Origin: a virus
Taxonomy: Duplodnaviria; Heunggongvirae; Uroviricota; Caudoviricetes
Virus record (IMG/VR): IMGVR_UViG_3300010354_007935
Coordinates: 1 to 46,283 of that record
Length of the DNA: 46,283 nt
Direction: 5' to 3' (one strand)
Shown: positions 26,318 to 35,472 of the stretch, one piece after another
How positions within the stretch are numbered: position 1 is the stretch's first letter
Layout of the letters: each line of letters begins with the position of its first letter
The notes under the pieces: model-generated
Seen by the model: only the letters and a program-made list of their open reading frames with translations
What the model was told of the DNA's origin: nothing
Database searches by the model: none
Position numbers and translations under genes: made by a program

Positions 26318-26977
26318 TTAGTTAGAAGTTTGAATCACACGTTCAATTTTGCTTATGCTGCTTCCTAAGTGCATTTTAGCCATAAGAAGCATGTTATCAC
26401 CATTGATATAAAAGTAGCAACCACCCCAACTACGAGGACGCTCTAGCATTCTTCGACAACTTTTTGTTAACTTAACTTTGTTATTAGTTGAATCAGCCCA
26501 GCTTAAAAACGCATCATGCACTTGATTAGTTTTTCCAATAGTTACTCGATAATCGTAGAACACCTTTGGAAGTATAATCGTATTTGGTGCCAATGCGTTA
26601 TTTACTGGAGGTATGGAAATATATTTGATTTTATCTTGACTTATTTTTATTAGATAATCGATATCTTTTTTATTATTAGTATAAAAACTAATCAATGGCG
26701 TTTCTACCCTAATATCAAAATTTTCAAACTTTTTAAGTGCCTTTTGCAAAGCATACGCATGAATAAAGTCATCTTCGCTTTTTGGCCCAGAAACTTTTAT
26801 TCTAGGTAGACGACCTGCTTGGAATAATGAATGCTGGCTTTTTATTTTAGTTAAAACAACATCTAAGTTTCTATCCCTAAAAGAATTAGCAAGAGCCGAT
26901 ACCAGTACAGCCTTGTACTGGTATTTCTCCATAAACAACTTTTTAGTCAGTTTCTGTAACATTCTCTTTGCTTTCAA
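26318..26977 (-). CDS. Hypothetical protein (start uncertain)
   Basis: Up to 219 aa ORF following clpA. Confidence 0.7.
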   Translation of the reverse strand: MKAKRMLQKLTKKLFMEKYQYKAVLVSALANSFRDRNLDVVLTKIKSQHSLFQAGRLPRIKVSGPKSEDDFIHAYALQKALKKFENFDIRVETPLISFYTNNKKDIDYLIKISQDKIKYISIPPVNNALAPNTIILPKVFYDYRVTIGKTNQVHDAFLSWADSTNNKVKLTKSCRRMLERPRSWGGCYFYINGDNMLLMAKMHLGSSISKIERVIQTSN

Positions 26978-29213
26978 TAGATAACAACGGAACCTTTGGC
27001 ATTTTTGGTTTAGTGATTAGCACAATATTGTTGTCTTCTACAGTAATTGTCAACCATCCACCAGATTTTAAATCACCAAAAAGCATTACCTTGGCCAGCG
27101 GTCGTTTAATTTCTTTATCAATAACTCTTGCTAACGGTCTAGCACCCATCTTAGGATCGAATCCTTTTTCAAGTAAAAAGTTAATGGCTTCTTTATCAAT
27201 TTTAATACGGATAGCTTTTTCTTTTACTTGCTCTCTCAGCTCGTCAATAAACTTACCAACAATCTTTGGCATTACATCTTTAGATAACTTTTTAAATGTA
27301 ACAACACCGTCTAGTCTATTTCTAAATTCAGGAGCAAAAAATTTCTTTAGTTCTGTATCGCTATATTCTTTTTGTTGGCTACCGAACCCAATAGTATTTT
27401 TCTCTGACTCTTGTGCGCCTGCATTAGTGGTTAGAATCAATATCAAGTTACGGCAATCAGCACGTTTACCATTACTACCAGTAATGAATCCATTATCCAT
27501 CATTTGTAGTAATACTGTGCTAACATCTGGGTGAGATTTTTCAACTTCGTCAAACAATAGAACAGCATTTGGGTTTTCTTGAATTTGAGTAATAAGTTGA
27601 CCTGCATCATCTTCAAAACCAACATACCCCGGAGGGCTACCAATTAGCTTACTAATACTGTGCTTTTCTTGATATTCACTCATATCAAAACGCAGTAGTT
27701 TAACACCTAAGTTTTTAGCAAGTGCCTTTGCTGTTTCGGTCTTACCACAGCCGGTCGGTCCCATGAATACAAAACTACCGATAGGTTTATTTTCGGATTT
27801 AAGACCTGCCTGGGCAATTAAAATTTTATCAACAACTTCAGTAAGTGCCAATTCTTGACCAAAGACTTCCTGACCTAAGTTTTCTTGTAGTGATGCAAGA
27901 TTTTTACTTTCGGTTTCTGCAATTTGTTCTTCTGGCAAGTTAACCATTTTACTAAGTTCGTACTGTATTTCAACTTCGCTAATTGTACGTTCTTCTGCTA
28001 ATTTAAGGTTAAACCTACTAGCAGCGCAATCAATTAGGTCGATAGCCTTATCAGGTAACTTTTTGTCAGTTTGATATTTCACACTGAGTTTAATAGCTGC
28101 CTGTAGTGCATCATCTTTAATTTTAACATTATGAAATTGTTCATAATATTTTTTAAGACCTTTCAATATTTGTAATGTTACTTCTTCAGTCGGCTCGTCA
28201 ACCGTGATGCGCTGGAACCGGCGCATTAGAGCACGATCCTTTTCGAAGTGTTTTCGATATTCTTCCCAAGTAGTTGAAGCAACAACTTTGATGTTACCTT
28301 TACTTAAAGCAGGCTTCATCATGTTGGCAAGGTCGTTGGCACTATTGCCACCGCTACCTGCGCCACTAATCATGTGTGCTTCGTCGATAAACAGTACAGT
28401 CTTGCCTTTCTTTTGCAATGCTTTGATGACCATCTTAAATCGTTCTTCAAAGTCTCCACGATATTTACTGCCGGCAAGCATAGCACTAATATCAAGATTA
28501 AAGACAGTATAATCTTTAAGAAACTCAGGAACAGCACCTTTGACAATATTGAAGGCAAGTCCTTCTGCTATAGCAGTCTTACCTACACCAGGGTCTCCTA
28601 CTAAGATTACATTATTTTTATTACGTCTGCCTAATGCAAGAGCAATGTTTTCAAGTTCGTCTACTCGACCGATAACAGGGTCAATCTTGTTTTTCTTAAC
28701 TTGGTCGTTTAAGTTTGTGGTAAATGCTGTCAAGGCTTTATTGCTATTTCCGTCTTGGTGTTGTTCTTCTTCATTGTCTTCGACACTACTGTTCAAGTAG
28801 TCTGCAAATTTATCTTTATCAATTCCGGCCTTTTGAATATAAAAGTATGCCCAGCTACGTTTCTCTCCCATCATTGAAAGGAATACGTCTGTAGGTTCGA
28901 TACGTTGTCTGCCGTTAAATAATACCTGCGTAAATGCACGATTAAGAATTCGTTCGACGCTTTGTGTTTTTTTAGGCTTAACAACAACATCTTCGATTTT
29001 AATTTCGTCGCATTTTGTTTGTAGATAGTCTGCTAAACGTCTACGCATGTCATCTATATCTGCGCCATATCCTTGCACACATTTAGAAAAACTTTCCTCC
29101 ATGAGCATGGCAAATAATAGATGTTCTATAGTAAGATATTCATGATGTAATTTTTTTGCTGTTTCGATAGCTTTTTCGAAAACTGCTTGCAGATTATCAC
29201 TTGGTTCAACCAT
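26943..29213 (-). CDS. clpA: ATP-dependent Clp protease ATP-binding subunit ClpA
   Basis: Clp N-domain (HEYLTIEHLL), Walker A GDPGVGKT and GPTGCGKT, KYRGDFEER, SPPGYVGF, IGF loop (NTIGFGS), MGARPL. Confidence 0.95.
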   Translation of the reverse strand: MVEPSDNLQAVFEKAIETAKKLHHEYLTIEHLLFAMLMEESFSKCVQGYGADIDDMRRRLADYLQTKCDEIKIEDVVVKPKKTQSVERILNRAFTQVLFNGRQRIEPTDVFLSMMGEKRSWAYFYIQKAGIDKDKFADYLNSSVEDNEEEQHQDGNSNKALTAFTTNLNDQVKKNKIDPVIGRVDELENIALALGRRNKNNVILVGDPGVGKTAIAEGLAFNIVKGAVPEFLKDYTVFNLDISAMLAGSKYRGDFEERFKMVIKALQKKGKTVLFIDEAHMISGAGSGGNSANDLANMMKPALSKGNIKVVASTTWEEYRKHFEKDRALMRRFQRITVDEPTEEVTLQILKGLKKYYEQFHNVKIKDDALQAAIKLSVKYQTDKKLPDKAIDLIDCAASRFNLKLAEERTISEVEIQYELSKMVNLPEEQIAETESKNLASLQENLGQEVFGQELALTEVVDKILIAQAGLKSENKPIGSFVFMGPTGCGKTETAKALAKNLGVKLLRFDMSEYQEKHSISKLIGSPPGYVGFEDDAGQLITQIQENPNAVLLFDEVEKSHPDVSTVLLQMMDNGFITGSNGKRADCRNLILILTTNAGAQESEKNTIGFGSQQKEYSDTELKKFFAPEFRNRLDGVVTFKKLSKDVMPKIVGKFIDELREQVKEKAIRIKIDKEAINFLLEKGFDPKMGARPLARVIDKEIKRPLAKVMLFGDLKSGGWLTITVEDNNIVLITKPKMPKVPLLSIESKENVTETD

Positions 29214-29230
29214 TTTAATTCCTTTTTGTT

Positions 29231-29259
29231 ATTGTAACTAATTTAAATTTTTAAGTCAA
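29231..29259 (-). promoter_or_regulatory. Sigma70-like promoter TTGACT-N17-TACAAT upstream of clpA
   Basis: The -35 box contains the TGA stop of the DnaJ-like gene. Confidence 0.78.
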
Positions 29260-30095
29260 GATATTGCTTGGTTAATCTGTCTAAGTTGGTTAATGATATT
29301 TGGATCTTTTATTACAGGTGTTCTGATTCTAACAACGCTGACAAATCGACCTCTGCTTCCATTGTGCGGATTTATAAACCCGCTATGATCGGCTGCATAT
29401 TCTGTTCCCGACTCTACTCCAGGTCGTATATCAATTTCTAATTCTTTGCCAACAATTGTTTTAACTTTTTTACGGCAACCAATCATAGCTTCGATTGGAT
29501 TAATATCAATTTCAGTATACAAATCATCATTAACCCGTTTGAACACTGGATCGGCCAAAACAACAACCGTAACATTTAAATTACCGCGAGGCAAATTGGG
29601 GTGCGAATCGTCACCGAACCCAGGGTATCGAATAGTTTCACCGTGACTTACGCCAGCAGGAACATTGATAGCTACTGTTTGTTGTCTACCACTTGGTAGA
29701 GTAAAGTTTGCTTCTAGTTGTTTACCTTGAAAACTATCCAGCAAGGTAATTTGACACTGGATATTAAGGTCTCGATTTCGTCTAGAATGCCTACCAAAAA
29801 TATCCCCGAACGGAGTATTTGCAAATGGATTATGACCAAACATATCTGCAAAATCTTGGTAATTACCAGAGTGTACATTTACTCGCGGCCCTTGGCCAAA
29901 TTGTCGTTGGTGATCGTATTCGGCTTTCTTCTGAGAGTCGCTTAATGTATCGTACGCAACACTGATATCTTTGAATTTGGCTTGGTCGCCACCTTTATCC
30001 GGGTGATGTTGATTTGCCAATTTTCTATAGGCTCTTTTTATTTCGTCGGGACTAGCATTTTGACCAACCCCTAAAATTTTATAATAATCGTTCAT
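29256..30095 (-). CDS. DnaJ-class co-chaperone (type II / CbpA-like)
   Basis: J-domain DYYKILGV...HHPDKGGD, G/F region, C-terminal domain; no CxxCxGxG zinc finger. Confidence 0.92.
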   Translation of the reverse strand: MNDYYKILGVGQNASPDEIKRAYRKLANQHHPDKGGDQAKFKDISVAYDTLSDSQKKAEYDHQRQFGQGPRVNVHSGNYQDFADMFGHNPFANTPFGDIFGRHSRRNRDLNIQCQITLLDSFQGKQLEANFTLPSGRQQTVAINVPAGVSHGETIRYPGFGDDSHPNLPRGNLNVTVVVLADPVFKRVNDDLYTEIDINPIEAMIGCRKKVKTIVGKELEIDIRPGVESGTEYAADHSGFINPHNGSRGRFVSVVRIRTPVIKDPNIINQLRQINQAIS

Positions 30096-30123
30096 AGTCG
30101 TAAAAACAGGTCAAGTAAAAGTG

Positions 30124-30152
30124 ATAATACACTATTTACATTGACCTGTCAA
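30124..30152 (-). promoter_or_regulatory. Sigma70-like promoter TTGACA-N17-TATTAT with TAAATA in the spacer
   Basis: TAAATA at 30133-30138; lies within an imperfect inverted repeat spanning 30107-30148. Confidence 0.72.
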
Positions 30153-30161
30153 CCAGAAAAA

Positions 30162-30362
30162 TTATTTTTTCTCTGGTACTTTTTCGCCTTCTACTTTCTT
30201 ATGTACTTTGATTTTTTTACAAATTTGTACAGGCTTGCCGTCCTTACCGTTTACAACTTTACCGGCTTTGTCCTTTTTGTCTTCGCAGACTTCTTTCATT
30301 TCGCCACCAGCAAATGCTGTACTAGCTACACATAATGCTAAAAGTGCTAATATTTTTTTCAT
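30162..30362 (-). CDS. Small secreted Lys-rich protein
   Basis: Sec signal peptide MKKILALLALCVASTAFA; two Cys in the mature part. Confidence 0.75.
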   Translation of the reverse strand: MKKILALLALCVASTAFAGGEMKEVCEDKKDKAGKVVNGKDGKPVQICKKIKVHKKVEGEKVPEKK

Positions 30363-30372
30363 TTTAATTTCC

Positions 30373-30927
30373 TTAAATTAATGGTTGAGGTTCATCTGGA
30401 ACCATTTTCTTACCACTAGCAGTTGTGGCTATTGGTGTTGTCCCCCAACTTGGTGCTGGTGCAAAACTCGTGTTTGGTGCTGTCGCTGTCGGACTAGGTA
30501 TGCCTCCAAAGCCGCCTGCGCCAAAGCCTCCTGGGGTGCTTGGTGCTCCGAAACTTGTCTGAGCTGGTGCCTGGAAACCGCCTGTTGTTGGTCCAGGAGT
30601 GCCAAATGCTGTTGGGCTACCTGATCCCATTGGTTGTAAGCCGCCATTGTTTGCGCCTCCTAATTTTTCTTGTGTTCGGCCAAATGCCGCAATGCCTAAA
30701 ACTGCGCCCATTGCAATATGGAATAATCCAGCACCTTGTAGTGTTAATGGATTCCATTGTGTAATAGGACTATGAGTCATTGTTTGTAATAAACTCCATA
30801 AGACTGGAAATATTACCATGTCCATTGTACAGACTAGCATATACATCCAGCCCATCATTGGACGCCACTTACTATTCATCCAATCTTCTTTCTTTTGTTC
30901 GCTTGCGCTCTTAACTGCTTCGCTCAT
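30373..30927 (-). CDS. Holin (GTA-type 3TM holin family) with Gly/Pro-rich tail
   Basis: WRPMMGWMYMLVC...FHIAMGAVLGIAAFGRTQEK. Confidence 0.75.
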   Translation of the reverse strand: MSEAVKSASEQKKEDWMNSKWRPMMGWMYMLVCTMDMVIFPVLWSLLQTMTHSPITQWNPLTLQGAGLFHIAMGAVLGIAAFGRTQEKLGGANNGGLQPMGSGSPTAFGTPGPTTGGFQAPAQTSFGAPSTPGGFGAGGFGGIPSPTATAPNTSFAPAPSWGTTPIATTASGKKMVPDEPQPLI

Positions 30928-30945
30928 TGTTCGCTCCTATATATT

Positions 30946-31824
30946 TTATAACCCTAACTTTTTCAAAGCATCTTTTGCCATCTTGATGCCTTCTTCTGCC
31001 GCTTTAGCATCGGGTCCTGCACTTGCACCTTTGGGTAGCACACCTTCGCAGATCAGTGTGGCTACAATTGGTGCAATACCCGAACTTACAGCAACACCAA
31101 CACCTGCAGGAGTGCCCCATAGTACTGGATTACTGATTGTAGTGTTAATAGAGTTTGCTAGGCAATTAAACATTAAATTCTTATTAACCTGTCCCTTAAC
31201 ACCGGGAATTAAGAATAAACCTTCATTAATGATGTAAGCAATAGAGCAGCTTAATGCCATAGTCTGTGCTTTAGTAACTTGTTTACCTGCTTGACTTGCA
31301 AACCATGCTGCCCATGTCATGCTGGCCGCAGTTGAATTAACTGTGCCTGGATCTGCTGGAGCTGGCTTTGGAGTAAAGTATGCAACAATGCCAATGGTTA
31401 ATCCTGTGGTCAAACCAATGCGACAAGCATTGGCATCTAACCAAGCATACGCATCTTCAGCGGCCTTTTGTACAGCTTCGGCACCTTCACTATATACATC
31501 AACTGCAAACTTACTTCCTTGCTTCCATTCGTCACTGGCAACATTAATGCCTTGCTTGGCCGCCTCTTCAGTTGTCTTTGCTACAGTATTAGCAACACTG
31601 ACAGTAACGGCTGCTGTATCTTTCGCTAGGCTTTCTGCATAACTGTAAGCATCTGTTGCAGCTTTGCTAGCATCCTTGTAAACATCTGTTGCAGTTTTTT
31701 CAATTGCCTTGCCTGCATCGTTGGCAGTTTTTTCAATTGCCTTGCCTGCATCGTTAAACGCCTTACCGATATCTTTTGTGCTAGGCATTTTTGGCGCCTT
31801 AACTTTTGGCATTTTAATTCCCAT
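30946..31824 (-). CDS. Hypothetical protein with amphipathic helical repeats and hydrophobic C-terminal domain
   Basis: NDAGKAIEKTA x2; Ala-rich; several hydrophobic helices. Confidence 0.7.
   Translation of the reverse strand: MGIKMPKVKAPKMPSTKDIGKAFNDAGKAIEKTANDAGKAIEKTATDVYKDASKAATDAYSYAESLAKDTAAVTVSVANTVAKTTEEAAKQGINVASDEWKQGSKFAVDVYSEGAEAVQKAAEDAYAWLDANACRIGLTTGLTIGIVAYFTPKPAPADPGTVNSTAASMTWAAWFASQAGKQVTKAQTMALSCSIAYIINEGLFLIPGVKGQVNKNLMFNCLANSINTTISNPVLWGTPAGVGVAVSSGIAPIVATLICEGVLPKGASAGPDAKAAEEGIKMAKDALKKLGL
31691..31755. repeat. 33-bp tandem duplication (11-aa unit)
   Basis: GCAGTTTTTTCAATTGCCTTGCCTGCATCGTT(G) x2. Confidence 0.92.
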
Positions 31825-31839
31825 GATTATTTTCCTTTG

Positions 31840-32403
31840 TTACATGAATAAAAATAGGCCTTGGGCACTTAATAATAACCCTACACCTGCTACTACAAAA
31901 CTTCCCCAAAACATTGGCATACTAACTGCTAAAATACTTGCAGATAAAACAACAATAGCTAATTGATATGCTGTACTTGCATAGCCAATCCACGGACTAG
32001 ACTTTTTAGCTTCTTCACGTGCTGCTTCCATTTCTCTTGCCTTGACAGCAATTTCTTTCTTGTCAGCATCCATGCGCTCTTTTTCTGCCATAAACTCTGC
32101 TTTTAATTTTGGATCGTTAGTTGTCTTAGCGGCAATTTCGTAGCTAACGCCACGCCCTGCTTTGGCTTGATACTGTGCCCATGTATTATTAGCACCTAGT
32201 GTGTTATTAAGAACTGTAGAACTTAACTTGCCACCATACCATGCGTTTACTGCTAGTAACAAAGCAAATACGGAAATAACCATACCTGCTTTGTCTTTTA
32301 GCTTTGCTTCACGCTCGCTACGTGAACCTACTGGTGGTTTTGGTGCATCCGGGTCTTTAGGTTCTTTATTAATTAACTTTAAAATTGTATCTACTGCGCT
32401 CAT
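31840..32403 (-). CDS. DUF4337-like membrane protein
   Basis: TM helix, then ANNTWAQYQAK and a coiled coil, then two TM helices. Confidence 0.7.
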   Translation of the reverse strand: MSAVDTILKLINKEPKDPDAPKPPVGSRSEREAKLKDKAGMVISVFALLLAVNAWYGGKLSSTVLNNTLGANNTWAQYQAKAGRGVSYEIAAKTTNDPKLKAEFMAEKERMDADKKEIAVKAREMEAAREEAKKSSPWIGYASTAYQLAIVVLSASILAVSMPMFWGSFVVAGVGLLLSAQGLFLFM

Positions 32404-32414
32404 TCATCGCTCCT

Positions 32415-32636
32415 TTAAAATCCGAATATGTTTTTCTTTGGCTCTACTAAGAATTTTTCTGCAATTGCAGCACCTTTTGCTCTTATGTGAGGATCTGGGC
32501 TAGTTAGCATTTCGTTTATTAGTGCAGTCTTAGCCATTTTTTCCATTGTTTGATCTTTAGATATAGATTTTTGTACTTCTGGATTCGTGGCACATCCCGA
32601 CAGTAATAATGCTGAGATAATTATTGCAATTTTCAT
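32415..32636 (-). CDS. Small lipoprotein
   Basis: Lipobox LLLSGC after a hydrophobic signal. Confidence 0.75.
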   Translation of the reverse strand: MKIAIIISALLLSGCATNPEVQKSISKDQTMEKMAKTALINEMLTSPDPHIRAKGAAIAEKFLVEPKKNIFGF

Positions 32637-32899
32637 TTTACGCTTTCGTATATTTTCTTTTGGGCCTCATACCATTCTTGCCAACCTTCTACTTTAGTTG
32701 AGCATTCATAATATAGTGTATAGTTATGGACTACTACTTTTAACATTTCTGTTATGGCCACTTTATCGCCTTCGATCTTTCTTAGGTTTTCGCATTTTTC
32801 TTTTAGTGCTTGCGGGACTTCTGGAAACTTAGGTTTAACAGGAACCGGTGTTGAACAAGCTACTAAGAACACAGTTAGCAGTATTGTAAGATATTTCAT
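32633..32899 (-). CDS. o-spanin (Rz1-like lipoprotein)
   Basis: Lipobox FLVAC, Pro-rich STPVPVKPKFPEVP, internal Cys residues; directly follows the i-spanin. Confidence 0.78.
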   Translation of the reverse strand: MKYLTILLTVFLVACSTPVPVKPKFPEVPQALKEKCENLRKIEGDKVAITEMLKVVVHNYTLYYECSTKVEGWQEWYEAQKKIYESVK

Positions 32900-33372
32900 T
32901 TCTTACCCTCCGCTGCTTTGTTCATTTCTGTTGCTGTATTATGTAGGTCAATAATTTCTTTTGGAACAGGGCATTGTTCAATGTATTTGACGATTTCTTC
33001 TTTTTTAACTACTTCTCTATCAATATATGTGACAATGTCTTTGCCCTTTTCTTTAATTATTTTTGTTTTTTCGACAACACGTTCTTGTATTTCTACATTT
33101 TTATTATTGGCCTGCTCTTCGGCTACTTTTAGTTTGGCTTCTAATTCTGCTACTTTTGCCTGCCACTTGGCTTCGTTAGCAACACCGCCTTCCATCCATA
33201 TGCCCAATAATAAAACTACAAAACCTATTATTTTTAATGGTATGTTATATTGACTAATAAACGGAATTCGTTTGAGGAACCAAGACGCTATCAATGCAAT
33301 TGCCCCTGTAATGGTCACAACATGCCAGAACCAGTCGGGTAATAAAGACAACATCCACGTAATCTGCCACAT
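32896..33372 (-). CDS. i-spanin (Rz-like)
   Basis: N-terminal TM helices, periplasmic coiled coil, C-terminal QCPVP; follows the endolysin. Confidence 0.72.
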   Translation of the reverse strand: MWQITWMLSLLPDWFWHVVTITGAIALIASWFLKRIPFISQYNIPLKIIGFVVLLLGIWMEGGVANEAKWQAKVAELEAKLKVAEEQANNKNVEIQERVVEKTKIIKEKGKDIVTYIDREVVKKEEIVKYIEQCPVPKEIIDLHNTATEMNKAAEGKK

Positions 33373-33373
33373 T

Positions 33374-34009
33374 TTAGTGTGCCCCTAAAACATGTAAGGC
33401 GTGATTGTAATGTTTAATTCTATCATCTAAGCCTAATGTTCCGCCGTTAATTCGTTTTGTTAGTGTTAGCATATCTCCACTATCTGCCCACTGATTTAAG
33501 TTATTAGCTTCCCAGAACCAAGCGGCGCTCTGTACGCAACCCTCAAACGTTGTTAAGTGTTCGCTAGCCTCGTCTAGACTAATTTCTAAACTCTGTGCAT
33601 AACGTTCGTAGTTGCTCTTACCAGTCAGCTGTATTAGACCACGTCCGCAGAACTTCCAACCATCGCCCGACTCTTCTGGACCGTTTCCCATACGATTAGC
33701 ATATGCTCTGTTAGCAATACGTTCTGGTTGTTTTTCATATGCTTTAGCAGTAGCCATGTCTGGAAAGTAGCGAGGCCACACACGCATTAGGCTTTCTGCT
33801 TTATAATTTAAATTTTCTTTTATTGCACGATAGCCGCCTGACTCGTGTGCAGTTTGTGCTAAGAAAGCAGCTACACGAGGTGTTGTGTTAATATCATAAT
33901 CTGGTAATATTTGGCAAAGTGCCTCGTACCAGTGATCAGCATAAGGATTTTTACCAATTATTGCTGTAAATTTATCTAACGTAAAATCAAAATCAAATCC
34001 TTGTGACAT
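33374..34009 (-). CDS. Endolysin, glycoside hydrolase family 19
   Basis: AAFLAQTAHESG, ENLNY, RGLIQLTG, TKRINGG. Confidence 0.92.
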   Translation of the reverse strand: MSQGFDFDFTLDKFTAIIGKNPYADHWYEALCQILPDYDINTTPRVAAFLAQTAHESGGYRAIKENLNYKAESLMRVWPRYFPDMATAKAYEKQPERIANRAYANRMGNGPEESGDGWKFCGRGLIQLTGKSNYERYAQSLEISLDEASEHLTTFEGCVQSAAWFWEANNLNQWADSGDMLTLTKRINGGTLGLDDRIKHYNHALHVLGAH

Positions 34010-34740
34010 TATTGTTTCCTCTCTAGTGCTACTGCCCAGTTATTTCTTTCAAAGATAAAGGTATCTTTTACTTTTGTGATGTTGTAATTTCCAATGTATT
34101 TTGTTAGGAAAAGAATTTCGCTCACATGTTTACTTTCTAACATAATTGGACCTTGAATTTGATTGTAAACAAACTCTTTTGGCCCGCTTTCAATGATATT
34201 AAACTTTACAACATCTCCGGCGTTTCTTTTAAAAGTTATAGTTTCGTCGACAACATCTAATTCATCAACAGAACTATTGCTAAAGAAATTACTAAAGTTG
34301 TTAAAACTATTCCTGTCTGTTGCAAGTTCGTAATCTTTTTCATTAGTTGGAATATATTTTTCTAAATTTTCTAGTGTAGCCTCTATACTTTTAAAACTTT
34401 TAAAATATCGAAATTTTAGTTTATCCATGCCAGTAATTTTTTCAATACCGTCAAGCATTTCTCTAATTTCTTTTGCAATGTGTCGTGTTCTTTCTAATTC
34501 GACAAACACTTTGTAAGTTCCGTCATCAGTTTCGCCCGAACTTACATCGGCATCAACCACAAATTCAAAACCCATCTCGATAAAATTTTCTAGATCCTTA
34601 GCAGGATCTTCACCTTCAACAGTAAAACTTATAACAGCAATGTCGGCGTCGTTACCTATTTTACTTTTGTAAGAATCAACTTCAAACACTTTTTTAACAA
34701 AGTGTCTTAGATCTGCTGCACGGAGACTTTCGTTTAACAT
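34009..34740 (-). CDS. Hypothetical phage protein
   Basis: 243 aa; starts MLNESL. Confidence 0.75.
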   Translation of the reverse strand: MLNESLRAADLRHFVKKVFEVDSYKSKIGNDADIAVISFTVEGEDPAKDLENFIEMGFEFVVDADVSSGETDDGTYKVFVELERTRHIAKEIREMLDGIEKITGMDKLKFRYFKSFKSIEATLENLEKYIPTNEKDYELATDRNSFNNFSNFFSNSSVDELDVVDETITFKRNAGDVVKFNIIESGPKEFVYNQIQGPIMLESKHVSEILFLTKYIGNYNITKVKDTFIFERNNWAVALERKQ

Positions 34741-34749
34741 TGATAATCC

Positions 34750-35310
34750 TTATGCTGGTGTAGCAGGAGCTGCTCCGGCTGCTGGTGCGCCTGGAGGAGT
34801 TGCTGGAGCCGATGCCACTGGAGCACCAGCCGGCGCGGCAGGTTGACCCGAAACAGGAGGCTTTTTAGTTTCTGTTTCTTCTGCCTTCATCTTAGTCATG
34901 TAACCCTTATAGATATCAAATGCTACTTTTTTAGGCATTTGAATTTCAACTATCCAGATTGGATGTCTATCTAATTTTCCTTTTTTAGTACCTGGACGAA
35001 TGTCCTCGGGAGTTTTAATTTTCCTAGGTTCTACTAAATGACTGCGTTGATATTTTACTTTACAACCTAGTTCTAATAAACGCTTGGCTGCGACAGGATT
35101 AGGCATCTTGTCTTTGGGCCACATAAACCCAGCAGTAATCCAGTGGCGATCCACTTGCGGCCCATAAGCTAATTCGCCATCAAGCCAATTTTCGTATACA
35201 TACAAGTCCATTTCTTCAAAGACACGTTCTACATCTTTAAGAATAGCCAGATTTGTATTGTTTTCGTATAGATCTTCTACATTTCGTAAAACGTCTAATA
35301 TATCGTACAT
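34750..35310 (-). CDS. Hypothetical phage protein with Pro/Ala-rich tail
   Basis: 186 aa; downstream of a TAAATA box. Confidence 0.75.
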   Translation of the reverse strand: MYDILDVLRNVEDLYENNTNLAILKDVERVFEEMDLYVYENWLDGELAYGPQVDRHWITAGFMWPKDKMPNPVAAKRLLELGCKVKYQRSHLVEPRKIKTPEDIRPGTKKGKLDRHPIWIVEIQMPKKVAFDIYKGYMTKMKAEETETKKPPVSGQPAAPAGAPVASAPATPPGAPAAGAAPATPA

Positions 35311-35337
35311 AGTTAAGATTCCAGATTATGTTGTACT

Positions 35338-35396
35338 TATTTAGCTGGTTTAAAATCATACCGTATCGCTTTGTTTTTCTGTAAAACCTGTAAATA
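35338..35396. promoter_or_regulatory. Divergent TAAATA late-like boxes (35338-35343 minus; 35391-35396 plus)
   Basis: Both lie in the strand-switch intergenic region and point toward their flanking genes. Confidence 0.6.
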
Positions 35397-35401
35397 AAGT
35401 T

Positions 35402-35463
35402 GTAGGACCTCTGTAGTTACTGGTGGGTACCTACAAGTCCTACTTTTCTATTAAGAGTAGGAG
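35402..35463 (+). promoter_or_regulatory. Structured phoH leader with alternative pairings
   Basis: TCCTACT (35438-35444) can pair with AGTAGGA (35456-35462, overlapping the SD); GTAGGAC (35402-35408) can pair with GTCCTAC (35437-35443). Confidence 0.5.
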
Positions 35464-35472
35464 CACAACTAG

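Noticed and set aside
35311-35472. tRNA or other known ncRNA in the largest intergenic region
   Set aside because: No cloverleaf, T-loop or CCA pattern; divergent promoters and the phoH leader explain the region.
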